This document shows, piece by piece, positions 42,646 to 51,274 of a DNA stretch of 64,000 nucleotides (its first letter is position 1; every line of letters starts with the position of its first letter). The stretch comes from Candidatus Bathyarchaeia archaeon (GTDB taxonomy: Archaea; Thermoproteota; Bathyarchaeia; Bathyarchaeales; Bathycorpusculaceae), in assembly GCA_038727135.1 (NCBI GenBank), contig JAVYWL010000002.1, positions 257,115-321,114 on the forward strand, read 5' to 3'. A program made the position numbers and the translations under genes. The notes under the pieces were generated by a model. That model saw only the letters and a program-made list of their open reading frames with translations, ran no database searches and had not been told where the DNA came from.

Positions 42646-43229
42646 TGCCATGGTATAGAAGGCATGGGAAAGCTGCAACACCAATCACTTTTGAAGAATT
42701 TCTAAGGGCCATGGAGAGGGCTAAGTCTATTAAACCTGAACATAGGGCTTTTGCAGCTCTGCTCTATTACACAGGTGTGAGGCGTGGAGAAGCCTTAAGG
42801 GCGGTTAAAGAACAATTTTGGGTTAAAGACGGCTTTCTCTTTTTTGATGTGGGTAAACGCCTTAAAGGTGGAAGGGAAACTCCGCCTCTAAACATTCCCT
42901 TAAATGCTCCTTATGTTTTGGATATTTGGCGTGTTGTTAAGAAAACAGGGAAAGGTGAAAGGGTTTTCCCATTTACTGATAGAACAGCCTACAACATTAT
43001 TTGTAGGGTTTTTAACACTTACCCGCATCACTTGAGGCTGAGCAGGATAACCGATTTTCTCATGAAGGGCTTTAATATTGCAGAAGTGAAAAGCTGGACA
43101 GGCCATGCTTCGACAAAAAGTTTAGACAGTTACGTGGGTATTGTGGATGTTCATAGAATGGGTGAATCCCTTATTGGAAAACCAACAAATAAAATAATGA
43201 AACTTAAACAAAACAGAAACGAAAAATGA
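42645..43229 (+). CDS. Minimal tyrosine recombinase (catalytic domain only)
   Basis: YTGVRRGEAL, K, HHLR, TGH, SY catalytic set in 194 aa. Confidence 0.85.
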   Translation: MPWYRRHGKAATPITFEEFLRAMERAKSIKPEHRAFAALLYYTGVRRGEALRAVKEQFWVKDGFLFFDVGKRLKGGRETPPLNIPLNAPYVLDIWRVVKKTGKGERVFPFTDRTAYNIICRVFNTYPHHLRLSRITDFLMKGFNIAEVKSWTGHASTKSLDSYVGIVDVHRMGESLIGKPTNKIMKLKQNRNEK

Positions 43230-43343
43230 AGCTAAACACCATTGGATTTCCAAAAATTCATGGGTTTTATTTTGTTTGAGTTTCATTTTAATGCTCGTTC
43301 AATGAGTGCCAAGCATCAAGAAACTTGGTGTAGTTTGCTAGTT

Positions 43344-43694
43344 TCATTGGGCATTGTTTGCATTCTCTGTTCTTGCATAGTTTTTACCTACGTTCCCTTC
43401 CATTCTTCTACCGGCTCCCCCCCATTTCCTAGAAATTTTTTCTTTGCTTTGGTTAATGTATTTGGAGAGAATGGCTTTTTCAAGGTCTATTTCAAAGTAG
43501 TTAGCGAGGGCTGTACAGCAGAAGATTATGTCTGCCAGTTCTTCTTCTATGTTTTTGGATTTCTCCTTTTTTAAAGCATCTGCTAATTCGCCTACTTCTG
43601 CAGATAATACTACAAAAAGGAAGTATGCCCCTCGCTTTTTGTCCTCTTCGCCGTACTGTTCTTTCATTTGTTCTTGGAAAGTTCTAAAATCCAA
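43344..43694 (-). CDS. MazG-like NTP pyrophosphohydrolase
   Basis: AEVGELADA...EEELADI...LAN motif. Confidence 0.88.
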   Translation of the reverse strand: MDFRTFQEQMKEQYGEEDKKRGAYFLFVVLSAEVGELADALKKEKSKNIEEELADIIFCCTALANYFEIDLEKAILSKYINQSKEKISRKWGGAGRRMEGNVGKNYARTENANNAQ

Positions 43695-43766
43695 GTTTAT
43701 CCCTCATCACGACAATGCTTTAATCTTATTTAGAGTGTTAGGCTTATTAAAAATGAGGCCCAAGAA

Positions 43767-44789
43767 ATGGCTAAACCTGCATTATGCGATTTTAAGTGTC
43801 ATGATTGCCATGTTGGCGAGAGGGGTGGGGGGATTCATCAACAGGTTTTAAAATCTCTTTGTTTATTGGGTAGAAAACATGGATTGTACGCTAAAGATGA
43901 ATGGGTATCTCCGTCGTTTTCTGGCGGGGTTCAACCTGAAAAAGATGAATATTCTCCCTCCATAGATATGGTTTGGTTCATTGACCTTGTTGATGCCGTC
44001 GGCGAGGATAAGTTTAGTAGGCTTCATTCAGTCGTATCAATGTGGACTGATGAGAAAATTCCGAGAGATGTGTTGCGTTTTCTTCCATATGTTGCTTTTG
44101 AGGTTGAGGTAAGTGATGTAACAAGTAAGACGGTTTACTCGGACTTTCATAATTTGGCTGCGACGAGGGCGGCGATTAAAATTGAGGTTATTCGAGAAGT
44201 TGGTGATATGAATCTTAAACGGGCTGAGAGAATTAGGGAATCAGCAATTCGATTCTGCGGGGATACAGATATGTTTGTTTTAACTATACCCATGCTTGAA
44301 GATATTTTGAAAATGGAAGAGCGCTTTCCAGCGTCTTGTTTGTTAACTGAAAGGGAAACCCGTAAGATCAAACCGATACAGAAGAAATTAGTTTCTCTTG
44401 GAACCGGATTGAACCTAAAAGGAGAGGCTGAATTTACCCCGCCTGAATGCAGGGGAGTGTATATTCCCAGACTTGATGCCGCTTGGCTTGTGAGTGTGCC
44501 TAAGGCTGCGGCGGCTTTGTTGGCAACTATTTCCAAAAGGTATTCATTGAGAATTGCGAGGGACCTCTGTCATTTGACGTTGTTTGGTTTTGAATATGAA
44601 AAGGAAACCGGTCATAAACATATAGCTGGAGGTGTAGCAAATCTTTCACGTCATTCTTTCATAGGTTTTCTTGTGGCCCCTAGCGAGAAGGCTTTTGTTG
44701 CGAAAAGGATCGTTAACAAGTATTCGCTAGCTTTTGGTTATAATAACATTTTTGTTGTTAGCGAAGACGCTGTTTTAGGGGAGGCTTGA
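43767..44789 (+). CDS. Putative nuclease with two tandem PD-(D/E)XK-like domains
   Basis: Internal duplication: EWVSP..PSIDMVW..AFEVE..K..NL and EFTPP..PRLDAAW..GFEYE..K..NL. Confidence 0.65.
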   Translation: MAKPALCDFKCHDCHVGERGGGIHQQVLKSLCLLGRKHGLYAKDEWVSPSFSGGVQPEKDEYSPSIDMVWFIDLVDAVGEDKFSRLHSVVSMWTDEKIPRDVLRFLPYVAFEVEVSDVTSKTVYSDFHNLAATRAAIKIEVIREVGDMNLKRAERIRESAIRFCGDTDMFVLTIPMLEDILKMEERFPASCLLTERETRKIKPIQKKLVSLGTGLNLKGEAEFTPPECRGVYIPRLDAAWLVSVPKAAAALLATISKRYSLRIARDLCHLTLFGFEYEKETGHKHIAGGVANLSRHSFIGFLVAPSEKAFVAKRIVNKYSLAFGYNNIFVVSEDAVLGEA

Positions 44790-44790
44790 A

Positions 44791-45429
44791 ATGATTACCG
44801 TTGAACAAATCAGGCAAATAGTAAATTCAAACTTCAGGATGCGAGAGCCGCCTGTTGAAAAGTTGACTGTCAAGTCACTGGAAGATGCTGTGAGAATTTG
44901 GGATGACCCTGACGTTTTGGGTTTCTTTGAGAATAAGGCTATGAAGTGGCAGCCAAAAAATGAAACCGCGGTTTTTATACCATGTTCAGCTTGGAAACCT
45001 TATTTTTACTCTCAAAGCCACAAGGATGGATATTTGAAGGCTTTACTACCTTTCCTTGAAAGAATCGATCTTTTTGTTGTTAGTGAGCCCATGGTGATAG
45101 TTCCATATTGCTATAGCGACGAGTATCCTGTCAAGAGCTATGATTATGACCCAAGCAAGTATTTCATGGGTAAACTTTCGCATCCTTTAGTAAAACAGTC
45201 TCTAAACATTTTCATTGAGCGACTGAGTAAATGGGTAACAAAGTACGACGGACAATATTCCAAGAAAATTTTAATACTACCTAAAGGCTGGCATCTTAAA
45301 GTCTTCCTGAAAGCGTTGAAGCACGCAAAAGTATCGACAAGCCAATACAATATTGTGTCAATGACCGGGCGGGCCTTCCAAGTCGTAAATAGTATTAATC
45401 AGCAGGTTGAAAAATATATGGGAGCTTAA
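44791..45429 (+). CDS. Stand-alone DUF5591 (archaeosine synthase ArcS core-like) protein
   Basis: FIPCSAWKPY..SQSH and SEP..IVP......YP...YD match the ArcS PCSxxKPYxxSxSH signature. Confidence 0.7.
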   Translation: MITVEQIRQIVNSNFRMREPPVEKLTVKSLEDAVRIWDDPDVLGFFENKAMKWQPKNETAVFIPCSAWKPYFYSQSHKDGYLKALLPFLERIDLFVVSEPMVIVPYCYSDEYPVKSYDYDPSKYFMGKLSHPLVKQSLNIFIERLSKWVTKYDGQYSKKILILPKGWHLKVFLKALKHAKVSTSQYNIVSMTGRAFQVVNSINQQVEKYMGA

Positions 45430-46313
45430 AATTTTTAAAATTGCGTGTTAGAGAGTTTCCTATGCTCATTTTTTGTTTTGGGTCTTGTATGTGCCCTTGT
45501 TTTCGTGAAAAAGCCTAGATGAGAATAACGTCTTCTTCTTTTATTTTTTAATTTCTAAAGCCTTATAATGGGCTTAGTAACCTTTTAGATTTAGGAAGTG
45601 TGTTTTGTGAGTAAAAAGGCTACAACGTGATTTATTCCCGTCCCCTAGTGGATGTTGAACCTTTGATTACACTTATTTTTTGCACAGTGTTCCTAAGGAT
45701 GAAGTTGCTCCCAAACTTTCTGTTGCTGAAAAATGGGGAGGAATCATGAGAGGTTCTCCACTCAGATTCCTTTTGACGATGGAGAAATAAGAGAATACTG
45801 AAAGACTTGGGGCGAGATTTGATGAATAACTTCCGCAGATAAATTATTATAGCTTGTGAAAATAGGCATTTTTAGAAACTTTGATTTCATCAGGCTTTTC
45901 CTAAAATTTCCGTAATAGGAAATTTAACGTTGAATCAAAACAGTTTTCCAAAACCTCTTTAACATTGAAAAAGAAACCTTCAGGTTTACAAGCGATAAAA
46001 GTTTTGAACGTTTCTTTCAAGGTTCAGGTTATTTATCAAAGCTGTTAAACGGTTTCCATTCTGTCTCTAGTAAAAATTAATTGGAAAATCTACTCATCCA
46101 AAACATTAAAGAAAAGCGGTTAAAAACAACAGTTTAAACCCTTCATTTTTTCATTCAATAGAAAGCCTTCCAAAGGTTTCCCATTTAACCGTAACCAGCA
46201 TAAACGTTAAAAATAAGCCGGAAACTCAAAAAAGGAAACGTGGGAGGAGTAACTGTCGGGGGTGCAAATCCCCCTGGTAATGGCCCATTACTTATCTGTA
46301 TAGAAATTTAATT

Positions 46314-46688
46314 TTAAAAGAATATTTTTTGAGCATCTCTTAGGAGTTTTTCTAAAGACTCTTGAGTTTTACGTTTAACGCGTTTCCTTTTTTCAGTTAC
46401 TTTTTTAGTTCCCTTCTTAACCCCAAGCCTCCTCCATAACTGTTCTTTAGTTATCTCTCCGTTGTGGACCCTATTATGGCAAGTTCCACATAAAGCAATT
46501 ATATTGTCAGGAGTGTTGTGACAAGGGTTTTCATCAATATGATGAAACTCTTGAACTGGTTGTTTCCTGCACCACATGCAAACACCCTTAGATTTAATCC
46601 ATAACTGTTTCTCGATGCTTCTAGGAATTCGCTTCCTTCTCCTTTCTTCTTCCCATAATGATGGGAGTTTAGGAAGTTTAAGTGACAT
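46314..46688 (-). CDS. HNH endonuclease
   Basis: CMWC...HHID...N.PDN...LCGTCHNRVH. Confidence 0.88.
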   Translation of the reverse strand: MSLKLPKLPSLWEEERRRKRIPRSIEKQLWIKSKGVCMWCRKQPVQEFHHIDENPCHNTPDNIIALCGTCHNRVHNGEITKEQLWRRLGVKKGTKKVTEKRKRVKRKTQESLEKLLRDAQKIFF

Positions 46689-46762
46689 TTCCCCTTCCCG
46701 GTGGAATTTTTAAAGTTTTGATGATAAAAAATTAACGGTTGGGACTAAAATTTTAGTCCTCT

Positions 46763-47668
46763 TCAACTTAACACCTTCAAACAAGCCTTATCATAAACTT
46801 CCTTCAGCCTTTCAATACTTAAATCCAAGTAATGGCGCGCCAAAACAGAGCGTGGAACTCTTCCGCAAAAAGCGTCAATATATGAATCGCTTACGCCAAG
46901 CCTAGCCATTTCACTGCAGAACCACTCCCTAAGCTTTTGAGGAGTTAAACGTAGCCCTGTTTTAAGCTGAGCCCTTTTCCAAAACTTTAGGAAAGTTTTA
47001 CCGCTTATCCTGAACAGCTTAATGCTTCCATCATGCCTTGAAGTCAAATACTCTTTAAGCGCTTTTTCCGCCTCATCATTGTAAAAGGTTACGTAGCTCC
47101 TTTTTGTTGTGCTGTCATGGTTAGGCATAACCATACGCTTGTTGAAATCCACATCGCTAATTTTAAGCCCTAAAACCTCACGTTTCCTAAGCCCTGTCGT
47201 GGCATACATGAGAAACAAAGCCCTCTCAATAGGCCTTTCTAAAGCTTCATAAAACCGCCTCAAATCATCCTTTGTCGGAACCTTTTTCAACTTGAAAGGT
47301 TTCCTAGGCAAACGGAAACTTTCAACAACCATAGGCATTTCAAGATAGTCCCTGAAAAACCTCCTTAAAGCCTTCAAAACATTGCTATAAGTGTAAGCGC
47401 TGCAACCGTCAAAACGCTTTAAATACTCACGCACAACTTCCCTTGAAACATTCCTGAACCCGCTATCCCTAAACCATTCAAGAAACCTTTTAACCTCAAA
47501 CAAATGCTCCTTAACCGTAACCTCGCTAAGCCTCAAATCAACCCTCAAGAAATCCGCAAACCCCTCAACCAAACCCTCACTTAAGGGAAGATGATAAGAA
47601 ACCGTAGGTGTCTTATCATACCTGTGGAGCCCGGCGCCCGGGTTCAAATCCCGGCCTCGGCCCCACAT
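46763..47668 (-). CDS. Tyrosine integrase C-terminal fragment int(C)
   Basis: TGLRKREV, TTK, QKLR, CGR, RHY; N-terminus spans attR; ATG at 47668. Confidence 0.9.
   Translation of the reverse strand: MWGRGRDLNPGAGLHRYDKTPTVSYHLPLSEGLVEGFADFLRVDLRLSEVTVKEHLFEVKRFLEWFRDSGFRNVSREVVREYLKRFDGCSAYTYSNVLKALRRFFRDYLEMPMVVESFRLPRKPFKLKKVPTKDDLRRFYEALERPIERALFLMYATTGLRKREVLGLKISDVDFNKRMVMPNHDSTTKRSYVTFYNDEAEKALKEYLTSRHDGSIKLFRISGKTFLKFWKRAQLKTGLRLTPQKLREWFCSEMARLGVSDSYIDAFCGRVPRSVLARHYLDLSIERLKEVYDKACLKVLS
47621..47667 (+). repeat. attR, 47-bp copy of tRNA-His 3' half
   Basis: Identical to 39084-39130. Confidence 0.97.
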
Positions 47669-47832
47669 ATAGTGCCTTAACCCGGGATTTTTGGACAGCA
47701 CCATGTCAATGGCTGTTTTTGATATAACATTTCAACGCTCCACCATTAGAAAACCACGCCAAACTTTTCAGAAAAGGAAATGGAGCCTTGGAAATAGAAC
47801 GGGAGTACGCTGGTTCGTAAGTACAATAAAAG

Positions 47833-47854
47833 CGCCGCCGGTCGGACTTGAACC
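47833..47854 (-). repeat. tRNA 3'-end fragment (tRNA-Asn-like), probable att of a second island
   Basis: Minus strand GGTTCAAGTCCGAC CGGCGGC G = T-loop, T-stem 3' strand, acceptor 3' strand and G discriminator; no 5' half adjacent. Confidence 0.7.
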
Positions 47855-47964
47855 CGCCACGGTGTGGAGATTTCTCCCGCAATTTCCCTTCTTTTTCTGT
47901 TTTGAGCCTTTATCTTGCTGTTTTGTCGTTTAGGGGCTAATTTTTCTCTTGGGGAAGCCTAAAG

Positions 47965-48675
47965 TTGGATGCCTTTGTTAGTCTGGATTTTTTGCGTAGT
48001 AGGCTTCCTTCTGATTTGTTGGAGGAGTTGGCCTTGTTTTTAGGTTTGTGTTTTGAGTGTGGGGGTCGTTTACGTAGAATTGATGGAGAGGTTGTTTGTG
48101 AGGGGTGTGGACGTGTTTGGGGCTATGAGAACGTTGATGAAAGTGTTCCTTTCCCCGAAGGAGGGAATGATGGGGCGGATAGCCATTTTGAGGGGCATTG
48201 GCAGCCCGGTAACAGCCTATGCTTCTTGAAAGGTCTAGGCGATCCAACACTAGAAAATAATGGACGTGAGAGGAGTTTGATGCGGGTTTTGGCTTTGGCT
48301 CCAGCCCAAGGCGAGGACCTGGGCCTAAGAGCCCGCAGAATAAAGGTTATGGTGCAGGCTGAGGACCCGCCACAGCTTAGAAGAATCCTATCCAGAATTT
48401 CACAACTCCTAGATAAGCTTGGATTTCGTGGAAACTATGAGATCGCGGCTTATACTGGGAATTTAGCTAGGAAAATTGTTGCTTTTGCCTTGGCTGCCCG
48501 GTTATCGATTCCATCCACATGGGCCGACGCTATAGTTCGGCATACCCTCAACAAGCTACAGTTGAAAATAGCATCAAGCGATAATATTTTAAAGTTTAAG
48601 GATGAGGACTTGCAGTTTGTCGAATGGTTCGATAACGCAGTCAAGAAGTTTAAGCTCAAAGAGGCTTCTAAGTAA
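47965..48675 (+). CDS. Zn-ribbon protein (TFB/TFIIB-like N-terminus)
   Basis: CFECGG...DGEVVCEGCGRV; helical C-terminus. Confidence 0.6.
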   Translation: MDAFVSLDFLRSRLPSDLLEELALFLGLCFECGGRLRRIDGEVVCEGCGRVWGYENVDESVPFPEGGNDGADSHFEGHWQPGNSLCFLKGLGDPTLENNGRERSLMRVLALAPAQGEDLGLRARRIKVMVQAEDPPQLRRILSRISQLLDKLGFRGNYEIAAYTGNLARKIVAFALAARLSIPSTWADAIVRHTLNKLQLKIASSDNILKFKDEDLQFVEWFDNAVKKFKLKEASK

Positions 48676-48687
48676 TCATTGTACATT

Positions 48688-49602
48688 TTAGGGCGTAAGC
48701 CAAGGCTCCGCTAACGTGCGATATGCTTCTCTCCAACTTTCTCGGCTTTTGCTGATGTAGACTATTTGTTGTTCTGGGACTTTGTGGCCCATCCAAAACT
48801 CTATGTAAAGCGGATCAACCTTATGATCGCTTAATATTGTGCGGAAAGCAGCCCTAAGCGAATGTGGGCTATAGGGGTTCCTTCCAACGAAACGTCCTCC
48901 AAACTTTTCGCCTATTCTTGCGAAGTAGCTGTCAACAGCCCTAGCAGAAACCGTGAATAATGGCGTGTCCTCCTGCATGGCTCTGCCTTCCAAATGCTGT
49001 TTTAGAAGCGACAAAGCCCATCCGCCAAGAAATGTTAGGAAGGGGATGTTTGTCTTCTTCCTTGAAAGGTCTAGGCATACAGGCGTAATGTGCCCTTCAA
49101 ACTCGTTTTTGATATCGCCGTATTTTAGGCCCAGCAAATCTGATATGCTTAAGCCGCTTTGAACTATGCAGGCTGCAATACAGCGATATTGAATGTTATC
49201 CATTAGCGATGTGAATCTGCCGATTTCCTCGATGGTCCATGAATGCTTTTTGTGGAGGGCTTTTGCTGGTGGTCGGCTGACATAACGCATACTTAATGGG
49301 ATGTCATAGTATTTGGCTAGGGATTGGACGGCTCCAACATAAGTGTTTATTGATTTGGGGGCAAAGCCTTCACACTGCAAATAGCCAATAAAAGCGTTTA
49401 ACGTCTTACGGGCTACCCGCGTCTTCTCCAGCCTAGGCTTATGAAGGTCTTCTTCCATCAGCCTCAAAAAACCAGCCACATCGAGGCCTTGCCCAGCCAA
49501 AAACTCCTGGAATTTGGTTAGGGCCCTAGCATATATGTGGCGGGTTCCAGGCTTGAGGGCTGAGAGGAACTCGTCGACTTCTGGCGATGATGGCGATGTC
49601 AT
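48688..49602 (-). CDS. Tyrosine recombinase with atypical box I (SGLSISD, Arg replaced by Ser)
   Basis: Core-binding domain (APKSINTY), RKKT, PHSLR, MGH, VY. Confidence 0.88.
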   Translation of the reverse strand: MTSPSSPEVDEFLSALKPGTRHIYARALTKFQEFLAGQGLDVAGFLRLMEEDLHKPRLEKTRVARKTLNAFIGYLQCEGFAPKSINTYVGAVQSLAKYYDIPLSMRYVSRPPAKALHKKHSWTIEEIGRFTSLMDNIQYRCIAACIVQSGLSISDLLGLKYGDIKNEFEGHITPVCLDLSRKKTNIPFLTFLGGWALSLLKQHLEGRAMQEDTPLFTVSARAVDSYFARIGEKFGGRFVGRNPYSPHSLRAAFRTILSDHKVDPLYIEFWMGHKVPEQQIVYISKSRESWREAYRTLAEPWLTP

Positions 49603-49698
49603 TCAAATGAAAAATTTAATGGAAGCTATCAACAACCCCTTTTATTATGGCGTTTTTCAAGGCTTTTTGAAAAATTTTATTGAGTTGGGCGTTTTGGG

Positions 49699-49726
49699 TG
49701 TTCTGTTAAGAGGTGTTAACAGAACA
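49699..49726. repeat. Recombination-site-like palindrome A (perfect 11-6-11)
   Basis: TGTTCTGTTAA GAGGTG TTAACAGAACA, 96 bp upstream of the recombinase start. Confidence 0.85.
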
Positions 49727-49904
49727 ATATTCGCATGGTTAAAGACGGGGACCAAGGCTGTTTCTTAATAGGATTCTTTATTAAACAATTAATTTTGCAC
49801 GGGCAGGGAGAGTTATGATATACATCTTAATTTATGCTTCGAGTGGGCGGGAAGGAGTTTCAAAGTTAATTAGTTAATATTTTTCCTTTGGAGGGTTTGC
49901 CTCG

Positions 49905-50384
49905 TTGCCTAGGCCTCGGAAGTATGCTGATATGATTGTCAAGTCTTTCTGTGTTGAAAGGGCAGTTTACGAAAGCCTTAGGGCTTTTTTGTCTGCGCAG
50001 GGCAGATCAATAAGCGAGGAAGTAAACGAACTCCTAAAGAAGCGCCTATTAGAGCTTAAAGGCGGGGAACAGCCTTCTAACGGAGCCCAAAATTATGAGG
50101 CCTTGAAGCGTGAGCACGTCCAACTCATGGAAGAGTCCATGCGCCTAACAAGGCTTTTACAGAAAACCGGCCAATACGACGCTTTAATAGAAACGTTGCA
50201 AGATCTAGGCCTAAACATAGAAACACTAGATAACATAGAAGAGGTTAAAGCAAAACTACTACAAACATGGAACGGCCCAAAAGCACCAGCCCACACCCTC
50301 ATAACCCTACTAGAAACAATCCAAAAAAGAAAACAAACAGAAAAACAACTCGAAGAAATAAGAACCAAAAGAAACAACTGTTAA
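49905..50384 (+). CDS. RHH-like DNA-binding protein
   Basis: KSFCVERAVYESLR...GRSISEEVNELL. Confidence 0.65.
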   Translation: MPRPRKYADMIVKSFCVERAVYESLRAFLSAQGRSISEEVNELLKKRLLELKGGEQPSNGAQNYEALKREHVQLMEESMRLTRLLQKTGQYDALIETLQDLGLNIETLDNIEEVKAKLLQTWNGPKAPAHTLITLLETIQKRKQTEKQLEEIRTKRNNC

Positions 50385-50403
50385 ACGTTACTCTAATAGA
50401 AGT
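50374..50403. repeat. Site B (degenerate; 2-nt CT duplication lengthens the spacer)
   Basis: ACAACTGTTAA ACGTTA CT CTAATAGAAGT; ACGTTA spacer shared with site F. Confidence 0.55.
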
Positions 50404-50435
50404 GGGACATTGAAAATAAAAAGGAGCATGTTGCG

Positions 50436-51152
50436 TTAAGGTCCATATCTTGCCTGCAGGCCGAGGATGTCGCCTAGTCCAAGTGTTCGCTTGTATGTTT
50501 CTCCATAGTTTGCGTAGCCATACATTGTCAGCCAATAGTCTTTGTCTTCATATAAGTCGTCGAGGCCGCACCAGTGGCCGAATTCGTGAGTCATAATGTT
50601 TTGAACATCCATCTTGTTAGTCTCACCCGTTAGGCTCCACGGAAACCACGTGTTCATTTTTGTGTCTGTCTCAAGTATATTTTCGCCTGAATACCATATG
50701 TAGGTGACTGCAATGACATTTGGATTTGCGTATAATCCCCATGCAACAACGTTGTATCCGTCTCGGACACCTGCGCTTTTACGTGTTGTGCCTTGGAAAA
50801 CGAAGAGCTCAAAAGTTGTGTTGGCATCCCATGTTTCTGCTGCTATGGTGATTGTGGCTATAACATCTGATGTTGAAAAGCCATACTTGTTCTTCGGATT
50901 TATCCAATAATTTATAGTGGTATGCCACCAGAAAGGTAATAGCTTATAATCAGGGTTTGTCATAGAATCGTCCTCAGGCGGTATTGAATACAAAATAATG
51001 CGCCCGCGTCCCCGATCATACCACTCAACAACCATTAGATGCGCTTGCTGTTCACATGCAAAAGCGTAAAGCAACATTGGCGAAAACAGCGACAAAGAAA
51101 CAATGCAAGCCAATATCATAGACCGAATCTTTCTCATATAACCTGCCCACAT
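50436..51152 (-). CDS. Secreted matrixin-like (M10) zinc metalloprotease
   Basis: Signal peptide; THEFGHWCGLDD and Met-turn TMY. Confidence 0.85.
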   Translation of the reverse strand: MWAGYMRKIRSMILACIVSLSLFSPMLLYAFACEQQAHLMVVEWYDRGRGRIILYSIPPEDDSMTNPDYKLLPFWWHTTINYWINPKNKYGFSTSDVIATITIAAETWDANTTFELFVFQGTTRKSAGVRDGYNVVAWGLYANPNVIAVTYIWYSGENILETDTKMNTWFPWSLTGETNKMDVQNIMTHEFGHWCGLDDLYEDKDYWLTMYGYANYGETYKRTLGLGDILGLQARYGP

Positions 51153-51274
51153 TAAAAGAGGCGGACGCGAATTAATAAATGTTTTTTAGCGCTATTCAAG
51201 AAATTCATACGCGTAAGTTTATACTTTAAAAGCTTAAGCTTTAGTTAAGCCTGTCTTAAGGCTTTCCCATTATT

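Larger units (their letters stand above)
39084..47667. mobile_element. Integrated plasmid/virus-like element (8537-bp circle on excision) in tRNA-His with SSV1-type split integrase
   Basis: Bounded by 47-bp direct repeats of the tRNA 3' half; the integrase is interrupted by the att sequence. Confidence 0.93.

Noticed and set aside
47833-47870. A complete tRNA gene at 47.8 kb
   Set aside because: Only the 3' 22 nt match; the T-stem 5' strand is mismatched and no anticodon or D arm is present.
49759-49787. Imperfect palindrome TTAATAG-GATTCT-TTATTAA next to site A
   Set aside because: It has a 6-bp spacer but arms that do not fit the consensus, and it is AT-rich; not counted, though it could be an accessory site.
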